DNA of 64,000 nt from Utricularia gibba (taxonomy: Eukaryota > Plantae > Magnoliophyta). Where the stretch lies: positions 62,001 to 126,000 of the forward strand of contig NEEC01000023.1 in assembly GCA_002189035.1 (NCBI GenBank). Direction: 5' to 3'. The notes under the pieces are model-generated. The model ran no database searches and was not told the origin of the DNA. It saw only the letters and a program-made list of their open reading frames with translations. Below, piece after piece: positions 12,901 to 25,100 of the stretch. The number at the start of each line of letters is the position of its first letter. The stretch's first letter is position 1. A program made the position numbers and the translations under genes.

Positions 12901-13879
12901 CACAAGTAAACATGGATAGTTTCCTTTCAGATGTATCTTCCGTGACATGCTGTTTTCAAATGACACAATCCTTCATGTCCTTTTAGAATGTTAGTCCATT
13001 GGAGGAAAGCCAAGATTGCAGTTGGGCACCAGTTTTTGTGAGGACTTCTAACTTCAAACTGCCTGCAGACCCTGAAACACCAATTATCATGATTGGCCCT
13101 GGAACTGGCTTGGCTCCATTTAGGGGTTTCCTTCAGGTTTTTCTACAATTTCACCATGAGCAACTGTGTATTCTGCAGACCCTGAAACACAAATTATTCC
13201 TCAATATTTCAGGAAAGGTTCGCTCTAAAAGAATCTGGAGCCCAGCTTGGTCCTGCCTTGCTATTTTTTGGGTGCAGGAACCGTAAAATGGTTAGTCTTG
13301 GTGAACAACTTCCGCATTTGTATGCATCATCTGTATTCCTCTGACATCAACGTTCTAATTACTATATGCAGGATTTCATTTATCAAGATGAGTTGGAGAA
13401 GTTTGTGAAGTCTGGTGCGATCTCTGAGCTCATTGTAGCATTCTCCCGAGAGGGGCCTTCCAAGGAGTATGTGCAACACAAGATGGCTGAAAAGGCATGC
13501 CAATGATCCCCTCCCCCCAACCTGATCTTTCTCAATCCCCTTAGGATGCCTATCATTTTGACTCTTCCAATCGCGCATACAGGCATCCGACATTTGGAAC
13601 ATGATATCCCAGGGAGGCTCCATCTATGTCTGCGGGGACGCAAAGGGCATGGCTCGAGACGTTCACCGAATGCTACACACCATCGCTCAAGAACAGGTTT
13701 TTGCCACATTACCCAGGCTCCCTCTGGACTCCCTCTCCTTCTCCCAGCACCTTCTCAATTCTCGCAGAAACGCTGACATCATCCCTTGTTTGTTTCAGGG
13801 TTCGATGACGAGCTCCAATGCAGAGAGCCTGGTGAAGAACCTCCAAACGTCCGGGAGGTACCTGCGCGATGTATGGTAA
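9941..13879 (+). CDS. CPR2: NADPH-cytochrome P450 reductase, class II (ATR2-like)
   Basis: N-terminal anchor [98 protein letters not shown]. One base is missing in G4 at 10219-10222. One GC-AG intron. Confidence 0.95.
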
Positions 13880-14477
13880 GGTAGACGAGGGTGAAACGCC
13901 GCTGCGCGTCGGCGTCCGTATAAGATTCTTTAGACTTGTCATCTTCCCAGAGATTCTTTGCTTTGCGTAAGCTGCTGCATTACTGAGTGAGTGTATTGCA
14001 TGTAATTTATTCATACACTGCATGTAAAATGTAAGATCCACACACCAATGATTGGTTAGTTGGTTGGTTAGATTTTGTCCGAATGTGGACCCCATTATCT
14101 AATGTTTATAATGTAGTCCCTGAAGTTTTTAAACTTTGAAATTTTGCCACAGATGTTTCATGAAATTTTTTACACACCCAAAATTGGTTATATATTTCAC
14201 ACATTTGAGATTAAATGATAACGGCAAGAGGAATTAAAATACAAGTAGCAATAATAGAATTTATGATAAAAATTCATTTAATTCAAAATTTAAAATCGAT
14301 ATATGATAACGAATTATTTTTTAAATAATATTCTTTATAGAATACATTCAATTTTTTAAAATATTTCATTAGGCGAATTGGATTGTAGATAATATTATGA
14401 TACAAAATCATTAATATTGTTTTTCATTATTTCAATATTTATGTAGTAAGGAAAATATAGAGGCTAAATGGAGACGA

Positions 14478-17400
14478 ATGGCACATACCATAAATAATAT
14501 CTCAAATCTGGCGATGGCCGCCTGTAGAGTAGCTTCTACGCTCCTGCTTTATTCTGTTTCTTCATCGGCTGCTCGTTTGCGCCCCTCAAATCTGAGAAAA
14601 TTGTCTTCTTCTCCAATCTGTGTTTTTCCTTCTACTGCGACCCTTCATTCTTCAACATCAAAGCGCATGGCGCACTCCATTGCTCGCGCTGCTCTCGGCC
14701 TCACAAACCCCAACAACATAGACCTTCCTAAGGTTTACTTTTTTTAAAAAAAGAAGAAAACAAAGAAAGTTTGTTTCATTTTTGAGTTTTCGCAACGTTA
14801 TATGCTTTACTTTGGCTTGTTGATGGATTTGTTGATCTTGTGTTTTATGGATTTACTATGTTGCTTGGTAGATTTTAGGTTAAGTGGGTGTGTATATGTT
14901 TTTGGTGTCTCTGACGTTGATTGTGTGATCAGGGTTTGAGGAATCGCAGATATTTTCTTATAGTCTATTTACTGAAATTTGAAATTCTTTGAATTTCAAC
15001 TCTTAGGAGTGTTTGAATGTTGCCTTCTAAGGTGATCTGTTATTGTTAGGTATCGTTTGCTGCGCAAGATATTGATTTTGTTGACTGGAAAGGAGACATA
15101 CTTGCTGTTGGCGTGTCAGAAAAGGACATTGCGAAGGATGAGAATGCGAAATTTAAGAATCCGTTCCTTCAGAAGCTAGATTCATTGGTAGGTGGGTTGT
15201 TGTCTGAGGCATCAACCGAAGAGGATTTTACTGGAAAAGTAGGACAGTCGACAATTTTGAGAGTTCCTGGTTTTGGTGCAAAGCGAGTTGGGTTATTTGG
15301 GATTGGCTCGACACCATCAAATCTGACTTATCGAAATCTTGCTGAGTCTGTTGCCACAGCAGCAAAGTCTGCCCAAGCAACCCATGTTGCCATTGCGCTC
15401 CCTTTCTTGGAAAACATTCCTGCGGATTTGAAGCCAAGTGTTGCTTCTTCATTAGCTATTGGTACAGTTTAAAAATTTGTGAAATAATCGTTTTATTTGC
15501 TTGTTCAGAGGTTTGATCATTCTTTATGCAATGCAGGTGCTGTATTGGGAATCTTTGATGATAACAGATTTAAATCAGAATCAAAGCAAGCGTTTCTAAA
15601 ATCTGTTGATATTCTTGGGCTTGGCAATGGACCTGAAATAGAGAAGAAACTCAAATATGCAGGAGATGTTTCTTCTGGTATTATTTTCGCAAAAGAACTT
15701 GTAAATGCCCCAGCTAATGTTCTTACACCCGGTATGTTGCATTTTATTAGTTCGAATTTTTCTCTTTTATGCATTTTATTGTCACTTGTGGTGAATCTAT
15801 ACTGTGCTTTGTTTTCGATTTTCAGCTGTACTTGCTGCTGAAGCCACAAGAATAGCATCTGAGCATAGTGATGTTCTTTCTGCAAAAATATTGGACGTGG
15901 AACAATGCCAGGAACTGAAAATGGGTTCCTATTTAGGTGTTGCTGCAGCATCAGACAATCTTCCCCATTTCATACATTTGTGTTATAAGCCGCCTAATGG
16001 AAATATCAAAGCCAAGCTTGCCTTAGTCGGAAAGGGCTTAACTTTTGACAGGTGCCAACAGTGTTTAGGATCTGAAAGTTTTCCTGGTTAATAAGGAACT
16101 AACGTTTTATGAAGTTTTTGGGCTAGATTGTGTCAGTTGAAATTTGATTATTGGAGAAGTAATATTAAGGGACTCAATTTGAAAATACTGATGGTATTTT
16201 TCTAAACCGATTTTTCTATTTTTGGGGTTTCTACTCTTCATCCGAGAAAGTGGTATGTCGTGGTGCTCTTGCTCCACTAAGCACTACCATTACGTACTTG
16301 ACTCTCATGTGGGTCATTTGATTCTTTTCTGCATCAGTGGCGGTTACAATATCAAAACTGGACCTGGAAGCTCTATTGAGCTAATGAAATTCGATATGGG
16401 AGGCTCAGCAGCTGTACTTGGTGCAGCAAAAGCTCTTGGTCAGGTCAAGCCTTCCGGAGTAGAGGTGGATATTTTTCAACTCGCTAGTCATTTTCTAATC
16501 ATTCTTTCCTTTTTTTTTTGCTTTTTCTGCATTTGCTGCTCTCTCCTAGTTCTGGTTTTGTGATTAACTTTGAAATACATGCAAAATGGAATATGAGTTG
16601 ATGATGCCTATGCAGGTTCACTTCATTGTTGCAGCATGCGAGAATATGATAAGTGGGAAAGGTATGAGACCCGGAGACATTGTCACAGCATCAAATGGAA
16701 AGACAATTGAGGTGATCTTGTTTTTTCACATTTATGCTGCAGTTAGATTCTCTGTCGACTGCATTGTTCATCATTATAGGGTAGCATTGTTTAATGTCAA
16801 TTGTGATCATTGATCTCACAGGTAAACAACACAGACGCTGAAGGCAGGCTAACATTGGCTGATGCCCTTATATATGCGTGCAATCAAGGTGTAGAGAAGG
16901 TACATCATGATGTCTGAATCCATTGATGTTATTGTTTTTTTGGCTTATTTTTTTTTATCTCGATTTTAATTTTCGTTATCCAGAACCCTAATGCAACAGG
17001 GCAAGCTCATTGTTATGGACTTTTGCAAATTCACAACTCAGAATTTCTATGCATGAGGAATAAATTAAGCAGCTTAAATATTCAATCTGATTAATGATCA
17101 AGGAATTTGAAAGTTCCTTTTTTTTTTTTGCTTTAGAAGTCCAAGCCAGATCCTTGCAATTCAATCATCATCAACAGATCATAAGATCTTTTTGGTAGTT
17201 GTCTAATATTTGATGGATTTCTGCAATGAACAGATAGTGGATCTGGCCACACTCACTGGTGCTTGCATTGTGGCCCTTGGACCTTCTATCGCTGGTAGGC
17301 AAATCCTTGTGTCAATGTTTTCTAATAATTTTTTTTTTTGCCACTATTAGTCCCCTGTAAGCTGATTGCTTTATGTAATGCACTAAAAACAGGTGTATTT

Positions 17401-17907
17401 ACGCCCAACGACAGCCTTGCTAATGAAGTACTTGGAGCTGCGGAGATTAGTGGAGAAAAGCTGTGGAGGATGCCATTGGAGGAAAGTTACTGGGAGTCTA
17501 TGAAATCAGGAGTTGCCGACATGGTCAATACAGGTGGACGTCAAGGTGGAGCAATCACTGCAGCTCTTTTCCTGAAGCAGGTAAACTGGTCTTAGTTTTA
17601 GTGGTATAATTGCAATAAAATCGTGAAGAAGATCAGGCTTGTTCCTGTTTTAACTCCAAAAATATACATAATTGGAGTATATGAACCTGCTATTGAAGCT
17701 GTGCCAACTCAACTATAGTAAGTTTTGAGCTGTTTCTAAAGCTGTATAAAACACCTGAGAAAAATGTCAACTTTGCAGTTTGTGAATGAGAATGTGCCGT
17801 GGATGCACATCGACATGGCAGGGCCTGTGTGGAGCGACAAGAAGAAAAGCGCAACAGGATTCGGCGTGTCAACTTTAGTCGAATGGGTGGTGAAGAACTC
17901 CTCCTAA
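14478..17907 (+). CDS. LAP2: M17 leucine aminopeptidase with plastid transit peptide
   Basis: Ser/Ala-rich N-terminus, [64 protein letters not shown]. Stop TAA at 17905-17907. Confidence 0.95.
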
Positions 17908-18149
17908 ATCAAGACTACCAGAGAGACCTGAAGGCAAAGAGGTTGATCAAATGCTCTTGGTATGCTCATACCATACCAATGCCTTTTGTTTTCTTCTTTA
18001 GGACGCCTCATGCTTGTGGAATTTTCCTCAGTCTAATAATCTTTTCAAACCCACTCGCAGCTTGCACATTAAATTATTTTATTGAATGCTTTTGATTCAT
18101 GTTATACAAATTATCATTTTTTAAACATTGTATTGAGATGGGATGGGTG

Positions 18150-18640
18150 TGCCTGCCAACTGCCAATCACTGTCTCATGATTCTAGGGTTCCCTTTTGAT
18201 GTTGTTTATGGTTTCCATGGCCGGAGCCAATCTTTTTCTTGGAGATCAAGAAAACCGACGATGGAGTGTAGCCATCTGTGAGTCGCGTAATATTTCAGGA
18301 ATGTTGGGTTCCACACACTGAGCTACCAGGAAACTACCATTTCATTGCAGTAACACCGACCGTCATACAAGGGTTGTTAGTTTTTGGCAGGCATCGCCCA
18401 TGGTGAAGCTGAGCTTGCCGCGAATGGAAAGGCCCCTGTGAACCTGCCTGTAAAATGATTCGGACCCTTGAGAAGAACTGTAGCGACGCTGAATTCCCCA
18501 TTTGTCAATGAGGGAGAGGGTGGGGAGGCGGAGTTGTTGCAATTAGTGAGTGCAGCGGTGAGTTGCTGAAGGAGCTCATCGGTTGTCATAAAGGGGGTGA
18601 AGAAATGCACTGTCTTGCCTACCTTTTCCATTCTGAATGC
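18150..18640 (-). mobile_element. Decayed Ty1/copia gag N-terminal fragment
   Basis: Across shifting minus-strand frames the copia gag motifs appear in the expected order: VATVLLKGPNH, LSIRGKLSF (18405-18431), PLYD...CNEMVVSW* (18326-18349), DLQEK, INNIKRE. Stops and frameshifts throughout. No LTR pair seen. Confidence 0.55.
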
Positions 18641-19160
18641 ATCAGGTAAATGCACACTACAGTCACGAAATCCAGGTCCCGCCCTTTAGTCGGCGGCATT
18701 GCTCTGTCAGAGAGCACAATGGATTTGTTCTTTAGTGAAATCCTAAACGAGTTTCCGAGATGGAATTTCCGGCGAACCGTCGCAGACTGAGAAAATTCCA
18801 CAAGTTTTCTTGAGAAATACCGCCGAAACGGCGTAGAAGAAAATACCGTCTACCGTCGGCCGATTCGGTGCCGGCGTACTGAGGAAACTGAAAAAGCATA
18901 GAAAAGCAACTGGCCGTCAGATTATCTTGGACCAGTATCGTACGGTCATGGTGGAATCTACTGTACTTCGAAGGCATAACTATTCACTATTCATTCCTTC
19001 GTCCTATTTTATTCAGCTACTACAGTTTTCGTTCTGCTCGTACTGTTGTCTTCGATCTTTGCATGGTGGCATATGCGTAGATAGTGGTGCGGGTAGTGAG
19101 AAAAATTGGCGGATCTAGTTTTTCAATAGTCGATCTTGGAACTGCCGAGCGTTCGTGGAG

Positions 19161-21771
19161 ATGGGATTCGTGGGGAGTAGGCCTCACGCGGCGGGGTTGT
19201 GTGTGTGCCTGACCCTGCTCCTGTTCGTCGGCGGTGTTCGCTGCTTCTACCTTCCAGGTGTTGCTCCTCAAGACTTCGGAAAGGTACTTACGTGTTGTAT
19301 GCGGTTCACACTATGGAACTGGAATATGTGAATCTCGTGATATACTGAGAATTCATGGTTGGGGCTGATGATGGGTTTTAAGTAGTGGGATTTTGTCATC
19401 TGATGTGTATCGAGAGCTTTTGGAGATTTGTCAATGTGTGTGTCTGCTTCAGGGCGATGCGATGAAGGTGAAAGTCAACAAGCTTACCTCTGTGAAAACC
19501 CAGCTTCCATACTCATACTATTCACTTCCGTACTGCAAACCAGATAGAATTGTGGATAGTGCTGAGAATCTTGGGGAAGTTCTTCGTGGTGATCGTATTG
19601 AAAATTCTCCCTACATGGTGCGTTCCCTAGTTCCTGTATCGTTTCCCGTTCAAGTTTCTTTTTTTTTTTTTTTTTGAGTTCTACTAATTTTGGGCAATAT
19701 ATGGTGTGATTATTCAATGTTGAACTTTACAAGGCAAAAATTGATCAAGGGTATATCTGTGCAGTTTAATATGCGGGAACGGCAGATCTGCAAGGTTCTT
19801 TGCCGTGTCACACTTGACGCCAAAGATGCAAAACATCTGAAAGAAAAGATTGATGATGAGTATCGTGCTAACATGTAACCCTCACCATGAAAGAATATTT
19901 ATTTTTTTCCAATGAAGTCAATTCTTTACGACTTCTGTTTGTTTTTTTAACAGGATCTTGGACAACCTCCCTCTAGTTATGCCGTTTAAAAGAGTCGAAA
20001 TAGATGCCACTCTTTATGAACATGGTTTCCCTGTTGGTTTTAAGGGACAATATGCTGGAGTAAGTATTTGATTTAATATGTGAAGTTTTATACTTCCTCT
20101 ACTTACTCATTTTCCTCCTGATTATCAGAAAACAGAGAAGAAATATTTTATCCATAATCACTTGACATTTGTCGTAAGATATCACAAGCATGATGATACC
20201 GATACTGCAAGAATTGTTGGATTTGAAGTAAAACCATTCAGGTAGTTTTTGTGCTCACATCCCATTGTTATGAACTTTTGATTGTTTCATTCCATCAGCT
20301 TAAATTTTTGCGACGTGAAAAATATATTTTTTATTTCATTGTATCCTTTTCTCTGAATTCAGTGTTAAGCATGAATATGAAGGACAGTGGGACGACAAGA
20401 AGCAGTTGACAACGTGTGATCCCAACACTAAACGAACTGTAACTAGTTCTGATTCTCCACAGGAGGTTGAAGATAAGGATGATATTATCTTTACATATGA
20501 TGTGGACTTTCAGGTATTATCCTCTTTTTTCTGACGAATGGTTCATTTTGATTTTCAAATATTTTTCTTAACTCGAGTTGGAAATTGGCTCTTTCTTTGT
20601 CTGTGGTTTGTAGGAAAGCGATGTCAAGTGGGCATCTAGATGGGATGCATACCTATACATGGCCGATGATCAGATACATTGGTTCTCTATTGTGAATTCT
20701 GTAATGATTGTTCTTTTCCTATCTGGAATGGTTGCTATGATCATGTTGCGGACTATTTACCGGGATATCTCTAAGTACAACCAGTTAGAATCCCAAGAAG
20801 AAGCTCAAGAGGAAACTGGTTGGAAGCTTGTCCACGGTGATGTTTTCAGACCGCCTTCTCACTCAGATTGGCTGTGTGTCTATGTTGGGACGGGAGTTCA
20901 GTTATTCGGAGTGATTCTCGTAACTATGATTTTTGCGGCTCTTGGTTTCTTGTCCCCTTCCAACCGAGGAGGTTTAACAACAGCAATGCTATTTCTTTGG
21001 GTCCTTATGGGTATTTTTGCTGGTTATTCCTCATCCCGCCTCTATAAGATGTTCAAAGGAACAGAATGGAAGAAAATTACACTTCTAACAGCTTTCATCT
21101 TTCCTGGAATCATCTTTGCTGTATTCTTCATTTTGAATGCATTAATCTGGGGGCAGGCGTCTTCTGGTGCTGTTCCTTTCGGCACCATGTTGGTACTTGT
21201 CCTTCTGTGGTTCGGCATTTCAGTTCCACTGGTCTTCAATGGCAGCTATGTGGGTTTCAAAAAGCCTGCTATTGAGCATCCTGTAAAAACCAATAAAATC
21301 CCCAGGCAAATACCAGAGCAAGCATGGTACATGAACCCCGTATTCTCCATATTGATCGGTGGGATTCTCCCCTTTGGTGCGGTGTTCATTGAGCTGTTCT
21401 TCATCCTGACATCAATATGGCTGAATCAGTTCTACTACCTTTTTGGTTTCCTCTTCCTGGTCTTCATCATTTTGATTGTGACCTGTGCCGAGATCACCAT
21501 CGTGCTATGCTATTTCCAACTCTGCAGTGAGGACTACCTTTGGTGGTGGAGGTCCTATCTCACATCCGGGTCATCAGCACTATACTTGTTCCTCTATGCA
21601 GCATTCTACTTCTTCACCAAGCTCAACATCACAAAACCAGTATCAGGTATCCTGTACTTTGGGTATATGCTGATCGGTTCCTATGCGTTCTTCGTGCTCA
21701 CCGGCACCATCGGCTTCCTCGCGTGTTTTCTCTTCACCCGCCTCATTTACTCTTCCGTTAAGATCGACTAA
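19161..21771 (+). CDS. TMN: Transmembrane 9 superfamily / endomembrane protein 70 (TMN7-10 group)
   Basis: Signal peptide then [68 protein letters not shown]-terminus IYSSVKID*. Confidence 0.95.
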
Positions 21772-22385
21772 AAGATTCATCTCAAGGGAGATTCCCATAG
21801 CTTTCTACATAACCCTCCTGTACAGGGGCTCTGCAGCTGGATCTCGATGTTGTGTCATTACTACTACTGAATCAGAATCCCGTCCTCTGTTTTGGTTTGC
21901 ATGTAGAACGTTGTACTTGTTTTTTCCATTGCAGCCATGGCAGCATTCGGGAAGGCTGTTGGTTAGAAGGAACGGCTTGTGCTTGGAGCTTTTTATTTTT
22001 ACAATTCATTTTGTTAACTTGAAAAATGGTGACAGTTGTTTTTTTTTAATAAAATTGCATGTGAAGCACATGTGTATATAAATTTCTAAAATGTCTTTTG
22101 TCATCAGATCATCTTATCCTGATTGTATAAGACATTTGTTAGGTTGTTTTATATATCTAAATTCATTATCTTTTTTTGAACAAAAAAGTAAGTGTGTCAA
22201 GTACAAGGAATAATTTATACAACCAAAGACCACATTTCAGGAGCTATTGGTTTTGAATCCTGCATCTCGCACAAAGCACAGAACTCCAGCAGTTTCTCAT
22301 TTTTATTCAGTTCACTCTTCGGGGGCGACGCTGAGAAAACTTTCTTCTACAAAAATGCGATGCCAAGAAAAGAAGCTGCCTGTTG

Positions 22386-24745
22386 CTAACCTGCGTGGGC
22401 CAACTCCTCAGCTATCACATTTCTGGCTTCATTGCATAGAGCCTCTGGATCCGACCCTAAAACGGGAGGGTGCACAACGACTTTCACTGCTCCCTCATTC
22501 ACTGTGCCTTCCTTCCCACGGGCATGATTTTGCCTGTTCCTACCAGCGTTATCGGGACCACCGCTACTCCGGTCTTTGTGGCCACACTGAAGGCACCTTT
22601 CTGCAAAATGACAAGCAGTGAAATAGTCTCAGCAGTTCTTGGATTAACCGCGACAAATAAGAGAGATGGTTGAGTTATAAGCTACTAAGCTCCATATGGG
22701 AAAACTAGGAGATGTAAACAACCACCTTGGTTTTGCATCACTCAGCAACAACTTCTCAGAAGAAATGAGATTCTAAAGTGACAGAACGAGACTGACAAGC
22801 AGGATTTTGGTTCAGGTGGTATAAAATCGCTCTGGTAAAGAGCCGCACGAGCAGACATTGCTAAAACATACCGCATATTTGATAGAAACTGGGCATGATA
22901 GTCCAATAATAGATTTAATGACCACAGAAGCAAGAGCATGGGATTTTCCTACCTTAAAAGCACCTAATTTTCCATCTTTGCTTCGTGTCCCTTCTGGAAA
23001 GAAGAAAACTGATGCTCCCTTGTTTATCAGAGCCATGCATTGTTTAAGGCAGTCCTGAGTTCAAACCCATTAAAATTAATATATTTAACAAATGACAGCA
23101 GCGATCAACTGATGTAGATTTAACAAAAGAGGATAGAAGAAACAAGTACCATTTGGCTTCTGGTGTCCATGCGCTTCAAAGGGATCACACCCAACAAAAG
23201 CATGGCCCATCCAATGATTGGATATAGAAAAATTGATGTCTTGCTAATGAATTTAAAACTTCTCCCAATAGTCAAAAGCACATATATGTCTAAGAAGCTT
23301 TGGTGATTGGAAACGTACACTGCAGATGTATCTGCAGATGGGAGGTTCTCCAATCCCTTGTATTCTATCCTTACAAAGGGTGCGACCGTCAGGAAAGCCC
23401 AGAATTTTGCAATGTAAAATTGTGCTTTTCTACGGTATCGGTCAAACAAAAGAACAAATGGATGCTGCAAAATCATTGGCACGATCAGAAGAATGGCACT
23501 GCAAGTTGTGACAGCATAAAAGAGAAGCCCTCGGATTCTTGATACCAGCTCATTTTCTGGATTCGAGGGCAAATTTGAAAAAGGTAAACATGGCAATTAT
23601 GTTTAGATGTATCCTCGATGAAGAATTTCAACATACCGGACCATGGTTGTAAGGCGTCACCAGATCCAGTATCAACAAGTTCGGATCTGGAAATCATGCC
23701 TCTCCGAAATTTTCCCCGCCCTGGATACTCAAAATGATTATAGACCCCATTGGAGTCCCAGAAACGGTCAAAGGACCTCAGAATCCCAAAGCGGTGCCTA
23801 TTTGGAGAGCATGTTCTTGGCATGCAACACTGAAGAGAGTCTACGTGCGAAACAAGCAAAAAAGTAGATGAATCAGAGATACCTTACAGGAGACATTACC
23901 GGGTATACGAAATGATAATGCATAAAAGGATAACTGGAATTGTAGAGTTCAAGAGGAAAGGTGCCTCCAAGGCGTTTATAGACTCACATTTGTTTGAGAG
24001 TTCCTGAGACGTCTTTTTGATGGCAAAGCATCCACAATGAGCACCTTGACGAGAATACAACTGTTCAGATTGTTATTTAGTCAAGAAAGCTGTCACCAAG
24101 TTCAGCAAAATGGGAACATTTCCTACGAATAAAGCTAATTGATGGATCACAGATGGATCTAAGGCTCTTCTTATTGCAGACCAAGGAGACACTGCCGGTC
24201 ACCAAAGCGAATGACTAAAATCAAACTCTTCATTGCCTTTATCGCTTCAAATTCAACAAAAAAAATAGAAAAGGTAGAATTTCTTTCATCCCCAAATTAC
24301 GCAATACTGCAAAACAATGCAAAAGATTGAGATTGAAAACCTAGTTGCCATAGCACCACACCGATTTGTTTACCCGCCATCACCCTTTTCTCCATTAACC
24401 CAAATCTCATTAAGGAACACAGCACACACGAATAAATAGCGCAATCCATCATTCTTTTAAAAAAAAATGGAAATTGCACTGCAACTTACCTGCGGCGAAA
24501 ATGAAACGGAGGCCAGCCGTTTTGGACCTCTGGCTGCAAACTTTGTGATGTGAAATCAGACATTTTTGCGTCCTAACTTTCAACCCACAGACACAAAAAA
24601 AATGGAAAAAACAAAAACGATATGAGTGTTGTCCGCCCACACGCGATGAACGGAAATCGAAAGCCTTACAGGCGGCACGAGAAGGTGGCGGAGAGCGAGA
24701 ATGAAGATCGAAGTGGGCATCGGCGAACTGAAGAGATAACTCCAT
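22386..24745 (-). CDS. LPAT1: Plastid 1-acyl-sn-glycerol-3-phosphate acyltransferase
   Basis: VYVSNHQSFLDIY, FKFISKTSIFLYPIIGWAM, FFFPEGTRSKDGKLGAFK, KGAFSVATKTGVAVVPITLVGTGKIMP. One base is missing near 22511. Start MELSLQF at 24745 inferred from the GTAAGG donor that follows. Confidence 0.9.
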
Positions 24746-25100
24746 TTCAGAAGGGAATCACGATCCTCAAAAAGTGAATTCGCATCCCTTGAAAGACAAA
24801 AGCATCCACACTGCATCCTTGAAGCTGCTCCGGTCTATCTCAAAACGAAGGTCATCCCGGGTCGGGTCAACCCACATCCAAACCCAAGTCCGCCCGCCAC
24901 AATACAAAGAAATAATTTAAAAAAACATTAAATATGGAACAAAATTTAGTATTATAAGGGGTATTAAACATTGTTCAAAATATTCTATGAAACGCATCCC
25001 CTTGTTGAAGCCATGCACATCAGCAGCAGCTTCAAAAGCCCAGTTAACTGGAGCTGTTTGCTTCCTTCAGCATTGAAGCGATTGTACGGATATGAATTGA

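Noticed and set aside
18543-18563. miR397-like 21-mer TTAGTGAGTGCAGCGGTGAGT
   Set aside because: Five mismatches to miR397, no proper star arm, and it lies within the probable gag relic.
20341-20349. GTATCCTTT U12 donor motif in TMN
   Set aside because: It lies near the 3' end of a normal GT-AG intron, not at an exon boundary.
4865-24745. Lipid or cutin biosynthetic gene cluster (BDG hydrolase, CPR, LPAT1)
   Set aside because: There is no signature scaffold enzyme or P450, housekeeping genes are interspersed, and LPAT1 is plastidial while CPR is in the ER.
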